64,000 nt of DNA from Promethearchaeota archaeon (GTDB lineage: Archaea > Asgardarchaeota > Lokiarchaeia > Sigyniarchaeales > SOKP01). The translations under genes and the position numbers were made by a program. The notes beneath the pieces were generated by a model. It was given only the letters and a program-made list of their open reading frames with translations. It was not told where the DNA came from and did no database searches. Where the stretch lies: assembly GCA_048939015.1 (NCBI GenBank), contig JBHLPW010000010.1, forward strand, positions 25,086 through 89,085, in the 5' to 3' direction. Shown piece by piece: positions 1-9,151 of the stretch; positions within the stretch are counted from its first letter, which is position 1, and each line of letters begins with the position of its first letter.

Positions 1-42
1 ATTTTATAGCATATTAACCTTACAATTTTAAAGTTTAATCAA

Positions 43-1836
43 ATGGATAGTGTAAAGCATAGCGATTTAAGACTAGCAGAAAAATTGGCTGATGAAGGGG
101 ATTTTGAAGAAGCACTTAAACTTTTGAATTCTTTTGAAGCAGAAGATGACCTAAACGACAGTGATCAACTTTCCTACTTCCTTCTAAAAAGTTTACTCTT
201 ATTTAATTTAACAGATATTGATGAATGCTTCAAATTCGCAGAAATGGCTTATCAAAAAAGTAAAGAATTAGGATTGGCTATTTATTCAGTTGATGCATCT
301 ATTCTTAAGGGAAAAGCATTAACAAGACTTCAAAAGTTAGATGAAGCTCTTGAAGAATTTTTACATAGTGAGAACATATTAACGAACATTCCCCATATTT
401 CAAGGAATGAGTTTATAAAAAGAGAAGCGTCAATAGAAGTGGGTAAATCTTTTATTTTTTTTTATAGGGGAGATTCAGATTCAGCAAAAACGCAAATAGA
501 AAAGAGTTTAATATTACGTGAAGAATTGGGAGATAATAAGGGAATCATCGAATGTTTGAGTTATTTAGGAAATGTACTTACTTTTTATAAAGGTAAGCTG
601 GATGAAAGTCTAAAATATGCGGAGAGATGTCAAGCACTAATAGAAGAAGTTAATGTGAAAAGTGTTCGATTTCCCTTAGCACTAAATCTTATTAATTTAG
701 GAAACATCTCCAATTTTAAAGCAATTTATGATCAAGCTCTTAAATATTATGAAGATGCCGCATTAATCTTAGAGGAATTGAACGATAATGAATTCATGGC
801 AGCAGCTCTAGCTAATATGTCTGGGATTTATTTCGAACAAGGAAAATTTGAACAAGCAATAGACATCTTTAAAAAGACCCATAAAATTCAAGAAAAAATC
901 GGTAATCCGTGGTATATAGGATTAAGCTTTTTAAATTTAGTTAATACATTTATTTTAATTGAGGATATTGCACAAGCAAAGAATTATTTGGAACAGTTCC
1001 AAAAATTCAATGAACAAATAAATAATAATTTTACTGATAGTTGTTATCAGTTAAGTCTAGCAGTAGTACTGAAAACCAGCACTCGAACTCGCAATAAAGC
1101 TCAAGCGGAGGAAATATTAAAAAAACTTTTTGAAGAGGAAGAAGCTCTTAAAACTGATGCTTTAATACAACTCTGTGATCTATATTTAATAGAGCTCCGT
1201 GAAACTAATGATCTTGAAGTTTTGGATGATATTCAACCATATATTGATCAACTATTAGATATTGCAGAAAAAAACCAATTATATCCTATACTTTGCGAGA
1301 CATATCTTCTACAAGCTAGAATAGCATTACTGGTTTTTGATATAAAAAAAACTCGTCGATTTTTAATTCAGGCTCATCAAATTGCAAGAAGACATGATCT
1401 TAGAAGATTAGCTGAAACAATTTTAACCGAACATGAAGAATTGATAAAACAATTAGACACTTGGAAAAGATTAAAAAAAATGAACGCGCCAATTAGCAAA
1501 CGTATAGAATTGAGTCAATTAAACAATCAAATAAAACGTATTGTCAGTAAAGGATTAAATATATCCACTCGAATAAGTGAAGAAACTGTAACTGTTCATA
1601 AAGATAAAAAAATTTGCCTTATCTGTAAAGGAGAAGTGTTAGGTTTTTCTTATATTTGTCAATGCAATTCAGTATATTGTGAAAATTGTGCACGGGCGTT
1701 AAGTGATATGGAAAATGTATGTTGGGTGTGTAATACTCCCATAGATATCTCAAAACCTGTCAAATCATTTTTTCTGGATGACAAAAAAGAAAAACCTAAA
1801 ATCAAAGGTAAAAAATTAAAGAATTCGAAAGAATAA
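43..1836 (+). CDS. TPR-repeat protein with C-terminal C4C4 RING-like zinc finger
   Basis: Helical TPR-like repeats (e.g. ALANMSGIYFEQGKFEQAIDIFKKT); C-terminal CLIC-x10-CQC-x4-CENC-x10-CWVC and a Lys-rich tail. Confidence 0.8.
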   Translation: MDSVKHSDLRLAEKLADEGDFEEALKLLNSFEAEDDLNDSDQLSYFLLKSLLLFNLTDIDECFKFAEMAYQKSKELGLAIYSVDASILKGKALTRLQKLDEALEEFLHSENILTNIPHISRNEFIKREASIEVGKSFIFFYRGDSDSAKTQIEKSLILREELGDNKGIIECLSYLGNVLTFYKGKLDESLKYAERCQALIEEVNVKSVRFPLALNLINLGNISNFKAIYDQALKYYEDAALILEELNDNEFMAAALANMSGIYFEQGKFEQAIDIFKKTHKIQEKIGNPWYIGLSFLNLVNTFILIEDIAQAKNYLEQFQKFNEQINNNFTDSCYQLSLAVVLKTSTRTRNKAQAEEILKKLFEEEEALKTDALIQLCDLYLIELRETNDLEVLDDIQPYIDQLLDIAEKNQLYPILCETYLLQARIALLVFDIKKTRRFLIQAHQIARRHDLRRLAETILTEHEELIKQLDTWKRLKKMNAPISKRIELSQLNNQIKRIVSKGLNISTRISEETVTVHKDKKICLICKGEVLGFSYICQCNSVYCENCARALSDMENVCWVCNTPIDISKPVKSFFLDDKKEKPKIKGKKLKNSKE

Positions 1837-1882
1837 TAATTAGAATTTTATATAATATGGACAGAATTTAAGTAGCTTATAA

Positions 1883-3172
1883 TCATGAATTAGAAATAAC
1901 TTCATATCGGTAGTCTACACGAGGTAACTTACTGATTGGGTAAGGTAGATAAGCGTCATCAGGAATGGGATCGATATAGAAGTGCCGGAAGTTTTTATCC
2001 TGCATTCGACAGAATGGACTTCGGTGATTATAAGCGGGATGTTTAACCATTCGCATCCATATCTTTTTTAAAGATTCATTTCGTATATTTCCAAAAGAAA
2101 GCGGTGAAAAATCGCAGGGAGATATCTCTCCATAAGCAGAAGCATAAAATTGAATATTTGCGGCAAGACATCCTATTCCAGACAAATATGCTTCTACAGA
2201 ATTTTGCCAACTTTGTGATGAAAGTGGTGGAAGCTCACTCTTTTTAAATTTTTCAGCAGAAAATTTATGTAGATCTTCCCTCAGTTTAAATGTTAACATT
2301 TCACTTGTATCATGTAGCATTTTTCCAGTAGGTACACAATCAAAAAGCATTAAATTATGAAGACCTAATTCTTTAGCATAATTATATAACTCTCTATATA
2401 TACCTTTCTCAGCACCAGAACGAGTTGCATATGAAGAAAATCCTGAAAAAATTCCTTTTGATTTTGCTCTTAAAAGACCTTCGATTGCAACTTCGAAGAG
2501 CCCAGCTTTTCCTCGTAAACTATCATGTTCTTCTGGATTAGGTGAGTCTATACTCAAAAAAACTGAATAGAGCCCCGCATCAGCTAATTTCTCTACATTT
2601 TCTTCTGTGAGAAATTCTCCGTTTGTAAACATTACAGGCATTGCTTTTTTATCATCTACATAAGAAATAAGCTCAAAAAGGTCTTCACGTAATAAAGGTT
2701 CTCCTCCTGTGAAAGCAATGATAGTTACTCCTAATTTCTGAGCGTCATCAATTAACTTTTTTGCCTCCTCTGTGGAAAGTTCTTTCTGATTTTTCCTAAG
2801 ATGTTTTCCAGCACTACAATGAACACATTTACATTGACAATTATAAGTTATTGCAAAAGTCATTGCTAATGGAGATGGAAATGGCATTAGTTGAGATTTT
2901 ATTAATCCTTTTAATGCACGAAACATCGGTTTACTCCCAACTGGTGGGGCAAACGTGTTAGCTACCTGATACTTTCCTTTCCATTTCCCAATATTATTAT
3001 ATTGTTTATAGAAGTTTGCTTGTAAGAGAAGCATGAAGATTAGACGATAAACTTTTAATTTATCTAGGATCGGATTGAGAATTCCTGAGCCTACAACCTG
3101 ACCATTTTCAAGCTTTTTATAACTTATGAGATTTCTCCCAAATAGTTTTAAAAAAACTTGTTCAATTTCCAT
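1883..3172 (-). CDS. Radical SAM protein with SPASM/twitch-like C-terminal domain
   Basis: CxxxCxxC motif (CQCKCVHC), FTGGEPLLR, C-terminal GCLAAN...PCDF...FGNIRNESLKKIW...C. Confidence 0.85.
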   Translation of the reverse strand: MEIEQVFLKLFGRNLISYKKLENGQVVGSGILNPILDKLKVYRLIFMLLLQANFYKQYNNIGKWKGKYQVANTFAPPVGSKPMFRALKGLIKSQLMPFPSPLAMTFAITYNCQCKCVHCSAGKHLRKNQKELSTEEAKKLIDDAQKLGVTIIAFTGGEPLLREDLFELISYVDDKKAMPVMFTNGEFLTEENVEKLADAGLYSVFLSIDSPNPEEHDSLRGKAGLFEVAIEGLLRAKSKGIFSGFSSYATRSGAEKGIYRELYNYAKELGLHNLMLFDCVPTGKMLHDTSEMLTFKLREDLHKFSAEKFKKSELPPLSSQSWQNSVEAYLSGIGCLAANIQFYASAYGEISPCDFSPLSFGNIRNESLKKIWMRMVKHPAYNHRSPFCRMQDKNFRHFYIDPIPDDAYLPYPISKLPRVDYRYEVISNS

Positions 3173-3273
3173 TGTTTTTTTCCTTAAATTTATATAAATT
3201 AAAAATTAAAACGGGCAATTTTTGGTTTTAAACTAAAATTAAATTGATTTTGTTTTGTTTAAAAACCTATTTA

Positions 3274-3291
3274 ATTAATTAGCTAATTAAT
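3274..3291. promoter_or_regulatory. Perfect 18-bp palindrome in divergent promoter region, candidate regulator site
   Basis: ATTAATTAG|CTAATTAAT between the divergent radical SAM and acyl-CoA dehydrogenase genes; almost all A/T, so chance is possible. Confidence 0.3.
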
Positions 3292-3474
3292 AGATTAAGC
3301 TCAAAACTATTTAAAAATTGTGTAAAAAAAATTGCTTAGATTATTAAGGTGATTGAATATAGCTAATTTCGATATATTTCTTAAAACTAATTTTAATAAA
3401 ATATAATTAGGATTGTTAACTACTCTTTTAAAACAGTTTACTAAAATAACAGAAAACTAAATGTTGATTTTATT

Positions 3475-4629
3475 ATGGATTTTTCCTTAACTGAAAAGCA
3501 AAAAATGTTAAAAAAAATCACGAGAGAGTTTGCTGAAGAGCATATAATTCCTATAGCAAAGGAAAGCGATGAAAAGCAGGAATTAGATGAAACTGCTTTC
3601 AAAAAGATGAGAGAAATGAATTATTTTGGCCTTTGTCTTCCAGAAGAATTTGGAGGTGCTGGACTTCATAATGATTCAGTAGGATTTAGCATTGTTATAG
3701 AAGAAATTGGCCGAGCAGATGCTGCTTGTGGAATTATTATTGCTGTGCATAATGGTGTTGCGGCTTATCCTATTTATAAATATGGAACTGAAGACCAAAA
3801 ACAACAGTTTTTAGAAGATCTTGCAAAAGGTAACAAAGTGGGTGCTTTTTGTTTAACTGAAGCAAATGCTGGTTCTGATGCTGGTGGAGTTCAATTAACT
3901 GCAGTGAAAGATGGTGATGAATATATCTTAAATGGAACAAAAATATTTGCGACATCAGGTGGTATTGCAAAAACATTGTTAATTGTAGCAAAAACAGGTG
4001 AAAAAGATAGCAGAAGACAAATGACAGTTTTCATAGTAGATGGAGATACACCTGGCTATTCTGTCGGCGTAAAAGAAGATAAATTAGGTGTTAGAGCATC
4101 AAATACTTCAGAACTTGTATTTGAAGATGTTCGAGTGCCCCAGGAAAATATTCTGGGAAATTATGGAGAAGGATTTAAAATGGCAATGAAAATATTAGAT
4201 TTCGGAAGAATAGGGATAGCAGCTCAATGTGTTGGTTTAGGACAAGCAGCATTAGAAGCATCAATCAAGTATGCAAATGAAAGAGCCCAGTTTGGAAAAC
4301 CTATAGGCAGATTCCAAGGTGTACAATGGAAAATCGCAGATATGGCATGTGCAGTAGAATCAGGTCGATTATTCACTTATAAAGCAGCATACTTACATGA
4401 TATTGGAGAAGATTTTGGAACTGCTAGCTCAATGGCAAAATTAATAGCATCTGAAGCAGCAATGCAAGCTGCTCATGGTGCTGTTCAGATCCATGGAGGA
4501 TATGGTCTAATGAAAGCATATCCAGTAGAAAGATATTTCCGGGACGCAAAGATGGGCGAGATTTATGAAGGAACTAGTGAAATTCAAAGACTAGTAATTG
4601 CAGGCAACTTACTAAGAAAAGGAGTATAA
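3475..4629 (+). CDS. Acyl-CoA dehydrogenase (butyryl/caffeyl-CoA reductase-like)
   Basis: GAFCLTEANAGSDAG, KLGVRAS, QIHGGYG, IYEGTSEIQR motifs; directly upstream of etfB-etfA. Confidence 0.92.
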   Translation: MDFSLTEKQKMLKKITREFAEEHIIPIAKESDEKQELDETAFKKMREMNYFGLCLPEEFGGAGLHNDSVGFSIVIEEIGRADAACGIIIAVHNGVAAYPIYKYGTEDQKQQFLEDLAKGNKVGAFCLTEANAGSDAGGVQLTAVKDGDEYILNGTKIFATSGGIAKTLLIVAKTGEKDSRRQMTVFIVDGDTPGYSVGVKEDKLGVRASNTSELVFEDVRVPQENILGNYGEGFKMAMKILDFGRIGIAAQCVGLGQAALEASIKYANERAQFGKPIGRFQGVQWKIADMACAVESGRLFTYKAAYLHDIGEDFGTASSMAKLIASEAAMQAAHGAVQIHGGYGLMKAYPVERYFRDAKMGEIYEGTSEIQRLVIAGNLLRKGV

Positions 4630-4775
4630 AAAAAACTACTAAATATAATGAAATAATAAAATTCTTTTCTAATTTTTTATTTCGTTATCGGAAACTTTAT
4701 TTTTCTAGAATTTTTTATTTGTTTCAAAAGAATTTATTTGATTTTAGAGTTAAAATATGAGGTAATGGTTTCAGA

Positions 4776-5582
4776 TTGAAAATCTTCGTTTGTATTAAAC
4801 AAGTACCGGGCGTTTCAGAGGTAAAAATCGATCCAAAAACAAATACACTAGTAAGAGAAGGTGTATTATCTATTATTAATCCCAATGATAGAAACGCTCT
4901 TGAATTAGCTTTATCTCTCAAGGAGGAATATAAATTAGAAGTTATAGCTTTGAGTATGGGGCCTCCTCAGGCAGAAGAAGCATTACGTGAGGCTTTAGCG
5001 ATGGGAGTAGATAAATGTTTTTTGTTAAGTGATAGAGCATTTGCTGGAGCTGATACGTTAGCTACCTCCCACACTCTTGCAATAGCAATTAATAAAGTTA
5101 TAAATGAGGCTGATCCTGGCGAAAAATACCTCATTATCTGTGGAGCTCAAGCAGTAGATGGAGATACTGGTCAAGTACCTCCAGAATTAGCAGAAGAATT
5201 GGGAATTCCGCAAATCACTTATGTTCAGAGCATTGAATTAAGTGAAGAGAAAATTGTTGTTGAGAGAAAATTTCGAGCGACTGAGATCGTTGTAATAGAA
5301 TCAAAATTACCTGCTTTAATTTCAGTTTTAATTGATATTAATAAGCCTAGATATCCTAGTATGGCAGGGATTATGAAAGCCTATGATAAATCGAATGTAG
5401 TATATCTCGACTCCAAAGCTTTAAATGCAGATAATTCTAAACTTGGTTTAAATGGCTCCATGACAGAGGTCAAGAAAATCTTTTTTCCTGAGAGGAAAGT
5501 CAACCCTGTTATGATAGAGGGTTCACCTGAAGAGATAGCTAAAAAACTATGTCACCATTTAAAGGAAGATAAAATATTCTAA
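4776..5582 (+). CDS. etfB: Electron transfer flavoprotein beta subunit (FixA-like)
   Basis: VCIKQVP, DRAFAGADTLAT, DGDTGQV motifs; TTG start. Confidence 0.92.
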   Translation: MKIFVCIKQVPGVSEVKIDPKTNTLVREGVLSIINPNDRNALELALSLKEEYKLEVIALSMGPPQAEEALREALAMGVDKCFLLSDRAFAGADTLATSHTLAIAINKVINEADPGEKYLIICGAQAVDGDTGQVPPELAEELGIPQITYVQSIELSEEKIVVERKFRATEIVVIESKLPALISVLIDINKPRYPSMAGIMKAYDKSNVVYLDSKALNADNSKLGLNGSMTEVKKIFFPERKVNPVMIEGSPEEIAKKLCHHLKEDKIF

Positions 5583-5595
5583 GAGGATCATTTAA

Positions 5596-6798
5596 TTGAG
5601 TATAATAATTGATGAAGAATTATGTACTGGTTGTGCCAGCTGTGTGGAAAGCTGCATGTATGATGCTATTGAGCTAGATAACAATATAGCAAAAGTTCTG
5701 GAAGATAATTGTACTTTATGTAAAGCTTGTATAGAAACTTGTCCTGTAGAAGCAATTTCTCTAATACGTGAGGATGTTAATTTTCAAAAACCCGATATCT
5801 CTCAATTCAAAGGAGTATGGGTTATTGCTGAACATTATAAAAAGAAAATTCAGAATGTATCATTTCAATTACTAAGTAAAGGACGTGAATTGGCAGATTT
5901 ATTACAGGTAAATTTGACATTTATTATTTTAGGAGCAGACTTCGATGATAAAATAGAAGAAATAAGCCAATTTGGGATGGATGAGATCATCTATGTCAAA
6001 TCACCCATATTGAAGGATTATTATTCAGACTTATATACAAAAGTAATTACAGAATTAGTGCAAGAACATAAACCTGAGATTATTTTAATTGGAGCAAGCC
6101 CTACGGGGAGAGATTTTGCTCCAAGAGTGGCAAAAAGGTTGAATGCAGGTTTAACAGCAGATTGTACAGGACTAGAAATAGAGCTTGAAACTAGAAATCT
6201 ACTTCAAACTCGTCCAACTTATGGTGGTTCTATCATGGCCACTATTAGAACACCTTCAAGCAGGCCACAAATGGCAACAGTGAGAGCCGGCATTTTTAAT
6301 ATGCCTGAAAAGGTAGAAAAAAATGTGAATATTAGGAAACTCGACTATAAATTTAAAGAAAAAGATTCAGTTTCAAAAATAGTAAAAGTAATAAGCAAAA
6401 CTAAAAATACCGTAAATCTTGAGGATGCCAAATTTATTGTCGCTGGAGGGCGTGGTGTTGGCTCAAGAGAAAAATTTCGTATTATTGAAGAATTAGCAGA
6501 AGTATTAGATGCAGAACTTGGAGGATCCCGAATAACCGTTGAATTGAATTGGTTAGAGCCCGATAGACAAATAGGTCAGACAGGTAAAACTGTAACTCCA
6601 AAATTATATATAGCATGTGGAATTTCGGGAGCAATTCAGCACATAGTCGGAATGCAAAATTCAGAAATTGTTGTTGCTATTAATAAAGACCCAAATGCAC
6701 CAATATTTAACTGGGCTCATTATGGCATTGTTGGGGATCTACATGAAATTATTCCCGTTCTAATTGAGGAGATCAAAAAGATTAAAGTGGATGAATAG
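5596..6798 (+). CDS. etfA: Electron transfer flavoprotein alpha subunit with N-terminal 2x[4Fe-4S] ferredoxin
   Basis: CTGCASCVESC and CTLCKACIETCP, then [37 protein letters not shown]; TTG start. Confidence 0.92.
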   Translation: MSIIIDEELCTGCASCVESCMYDAIELDNNIAKVLEDNCTLCKACIETCPVEAISLIREDVNFQKPDISQFKGVWVIAEHYKKKIQNVSFQLLSKGRELADLLQVNLTFIILGADFDDKIEEISQFGMDEIIYVKSPILKDYYSDLYTKVITELVQEHKPEIILIGASPTGRDFAPRVAKRLNAGLTADCTGLEIELETRNLLQTRPTYGGSIMATIRTPSSRPQMATVRAGIFNMPEKVEKNVNIRKLDYKFKEKDSVSKIVKVISKTKNTVNLEDAKFIVAGGRGVGSREKFRIIEELAEVLDAELGGSRITVELNWLEPDRQIGQTGKTVTPKLYIACGISGAIQHIVGMQNSEIVVAINKDPNAPIFNWAHYGIVGDLHEIIPVLIEEIKKIKVDE

Positions 6799-6914
6799 TT
6801 TCAATATTACCTTATTTTTTGATATTGATTATTGTATCGTTTTCATTCGCATAATTTAATAATATAATTTTATATCTATATTCATTTAAAATTGAAAATT
6901 CAAATTGAATAGAG

Positions 6915-8396
6915 ATGAAGGAATTAATTTATGTGTATATATCTGATGGCTCAAACCCAAAAGATTTAATGCTTGCAGCAAGTATTCGTAAATTTGGCAG
7001 CTCTTTATCGAATAATCCAATTTGGGTGTTAATTCCAAAATCAGTAGAAACTATTCCTAAAAAAATAAGAGATCTTTTTATTTCGATGGATGTTGAACTA
7101 ATTCCTTTTTCAATAGATAATGAGCCTAATTTTCCATTTATTAAATTTGTTCTTGCTGCTGCAACTGCTGAATTGTTAGCGAAAGGAAAGACAAAATTAC
7201 TTGCTTGGCTTGGGTCAAATACAATACTCTTTAATGAGCCAAAACATTTTCTTTTAGATAATGACAAGACTTTAGGATATCGACCAGTTCATCACACCAA
7301 TATTGGTTCATTCATTGATGAACCCATCGATCGATTTTGGGAAGAAGTATACCAACATTGCAATGTATCTGACGAACAAATTTTTCCAATGAAGACACAT
7401 GTAGATCATAACAAACTTCGACCTTACTTTAATGCAGGATGCTTGATTACTAAACCAGAGAAAGGTCTTTTTCAATCATGGTGGAAATCTTATAAATATT
7501 TATATAATGAACAGTGCTTTCAAGAATTTTACAATAAGAATTATCTTTATGCTATTTTTATCCATCAAGCAATTTTATCGGGCGTGATACTCTCGACTAT
7601 TGATCGAACTGAACTTTGTGAACTTCCTTTTGAGTATAATTATCCGTTAAATCTATTCTACAATTGTCCATTTGTTTACCAAGTTAAAAACCTTAATAAA
7701 TTAATTACTGTTCGTTATGAGGATCCAAGTGATCTTAAAAAAGTTCCATTGCAGGATCCTTTGAAAACTTGGCTAACAACTCAGATGGATGATTTCTTTA
7801 TAAAAATGTTATCTTCCTTTGAGAAAGTTAAATTTGGAAAAGTTCCTTTGGTTTATCCTGTCCCGATTACTCTTGCTGGAGCATTAGTCAACAATCAACC
7901 TAATTTTGAGACCTTAGGAGACGTTGGAATAATGGGTATTAAACCTCCGCTTGTTTATATTTCTTCAGGTCAAAATCATTATACAAACCAAGGAATTCTA
8001 GAATATAAAACCTTTAGTATTAATTTTCCTACCACACAACTTCTTGTTAAAACTGATTATTGTGGAGTCGTATCTGGAAATGAAGTAGATAAATCTACAT
8101 TATTTAATGTGTTTTATGGTGAATTAGAAACAGCACCCATGATTCGAGAATGCCCTGTGAATTTAGAATGCAAAGTTATTAAGGAATTCTCTATACAACA
8201 TAGACAGATTTTCATTGGAGATATTGTACAATCTTATGCTAGTGAGGAATTTATTGTTAAAAACGGAGAAGACCAGAAAATTGCAGATATGAAAAAACTT
8301 GATCCAATTATCTACGCATTGGATAATCGTTATTATAAAATTGGCGAAATAATCGGAACTGGTTATCAAGAAAGCAAAAAATTTAAACAGAATTAA
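6915..8396 (+). CDS. Fusion protein: N-terminal glycosyltransferase-like domain plus C-terminal flavin reductase-like domain
   Basis: C-terminal part has YPVPITLAG, DYCGVVSGNEVDK, APMIRECPVNLECKV (flavin reductase/flavoredoxin); N-terminal part has PYFNAGCLI and YNYP, reminiscent of GT-A/GT8-like proteins. Confidence 0.6.
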   Translation: MKELIYVYISDGSNPKDLMLAASIRKFGSSLSNNPIWVLIPKSVETIPKKIRDLFISMDVELIPFSIDNEPNFPFIKFVLAAATAELLAKGKTKLLAWLGSNTILFNEPKHFLLDNDKTLGYRPVHHTNIGSFIDEPIDRFWEEVYQHCNVSDEQIFPMKTHVDHNKLRPYFNAGCLITKPEKGLFQSWWKSYKYLYNEQCFQEFYNKNYLYAIFIHQAILSGVILSTIDRTELCELPFEYNYPLNLFYNCPFVYQVKNLNKLITVRYEDPSDLKKVPLQDPLKTWLTTQMDDFFIKMLSSFEKVKFGKVPLVYPVPITLAGALVNNQPNFETLGDVGIMGIKPPLVYISSGQNHYTNQGILEYKTFSINFPTTQLLVKTDYCGVVSGNEVDKSTLFNVFYGELETAPMIRECPVNLECKVIKEFSIQHRQIFIGDIVQSYASEEFIVKNGEDQKIADMKKLDPIIYALDNRYYKIGEIIGTGYQESKKFKQN

Positions 8397-8499
8397 TTGA
8401 AATTTAAAGAAATAAAATCAATCTCAACAATAGGAAACATAAACAAACAAGATTATTGAAGGCTTTATTGAACAACATAAAAAGTTGAAATTTAAGGAT

Positions 8500-8600
8500 T
8501 AAAATAACACTTTACATGAAAAAAAGTGTGTAATGGAATGTTATTTTAGTTTTATTCGTGGAGGAATAAATTATGGGCTAAAAATGAAACATTCCACTAC
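8500..8600 (-). ncRNA. Putative structured RNA / long imperfect hairpin in a 755-bp gap between convergent genes
   Basis: Minus strand GTAGTGGAATGTT pairs with AACATTCCATTAC (13 bp, one G-U); inner stems TTTTAG/CTAAAA and TTTATTC/GAATAAA; followed by a T7 tract. Confidence 0.35.
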
Positions 8601-9151
8601 CAGAAAAAAAATAAATTTTTTTCTAATATGCATTTAGTTTCCCATCTTAATAAATGTTTCGTGAATTTTATGAACGTTCTATTCGATTATTGCGTGAATT
8701 GTATTGCTATGATATTATTATTAGATTAGGTTGTTGATTTTTATATAATACATCCTTATTTTAAAAATAAAAGCTAAATCAATTCATAATTTTAATGGAA
8801 AAAAAAATTTTTTCGTTAAAAATATGGAAAATAAATAGGTTTTTATGAAAAAGATCGTCCGATTTTTTGCACAAATTGTTATTTTACGTCTTTCTAATAA
8901 AAATAATTTTGCAATTTATTAAGATCTTAATAAGAATAAAATCTAATTTTATCAATCATGGACTTTAATATTCTTAATTTTACGAATACTCTTTTGAAAT
9001 AATTATTCCCATATTTCCAATTTAATTTTTAGATGAAGGTTTTAATCTTTTTTGCACGGATTATAAAAATGATAACTTAATATCAATATAAATCTAATAA
9101 GATAACTCCAAATATATAAATAAAAAAAAAGTTGGAATTAATTATTTAAAA

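Noticed and set aside
1883-3172. Radical SAM/SPASM plus SagB-like gene as a RiPP cluster
   Set aside because: The genes are 27 kb apart, with no precursor peptide, YcaO, PqqD/RRE domain or transporter recognised
8397-9151. Long AT-rich gap as replication origin, or hairpin as SECIS element
   Set aside because: No repeated ORB boxes or cdc6/orc1 gene; the hairpin lacks the AUGA/GA core and no in-frame TGA selenoprotein candidate was found nearby
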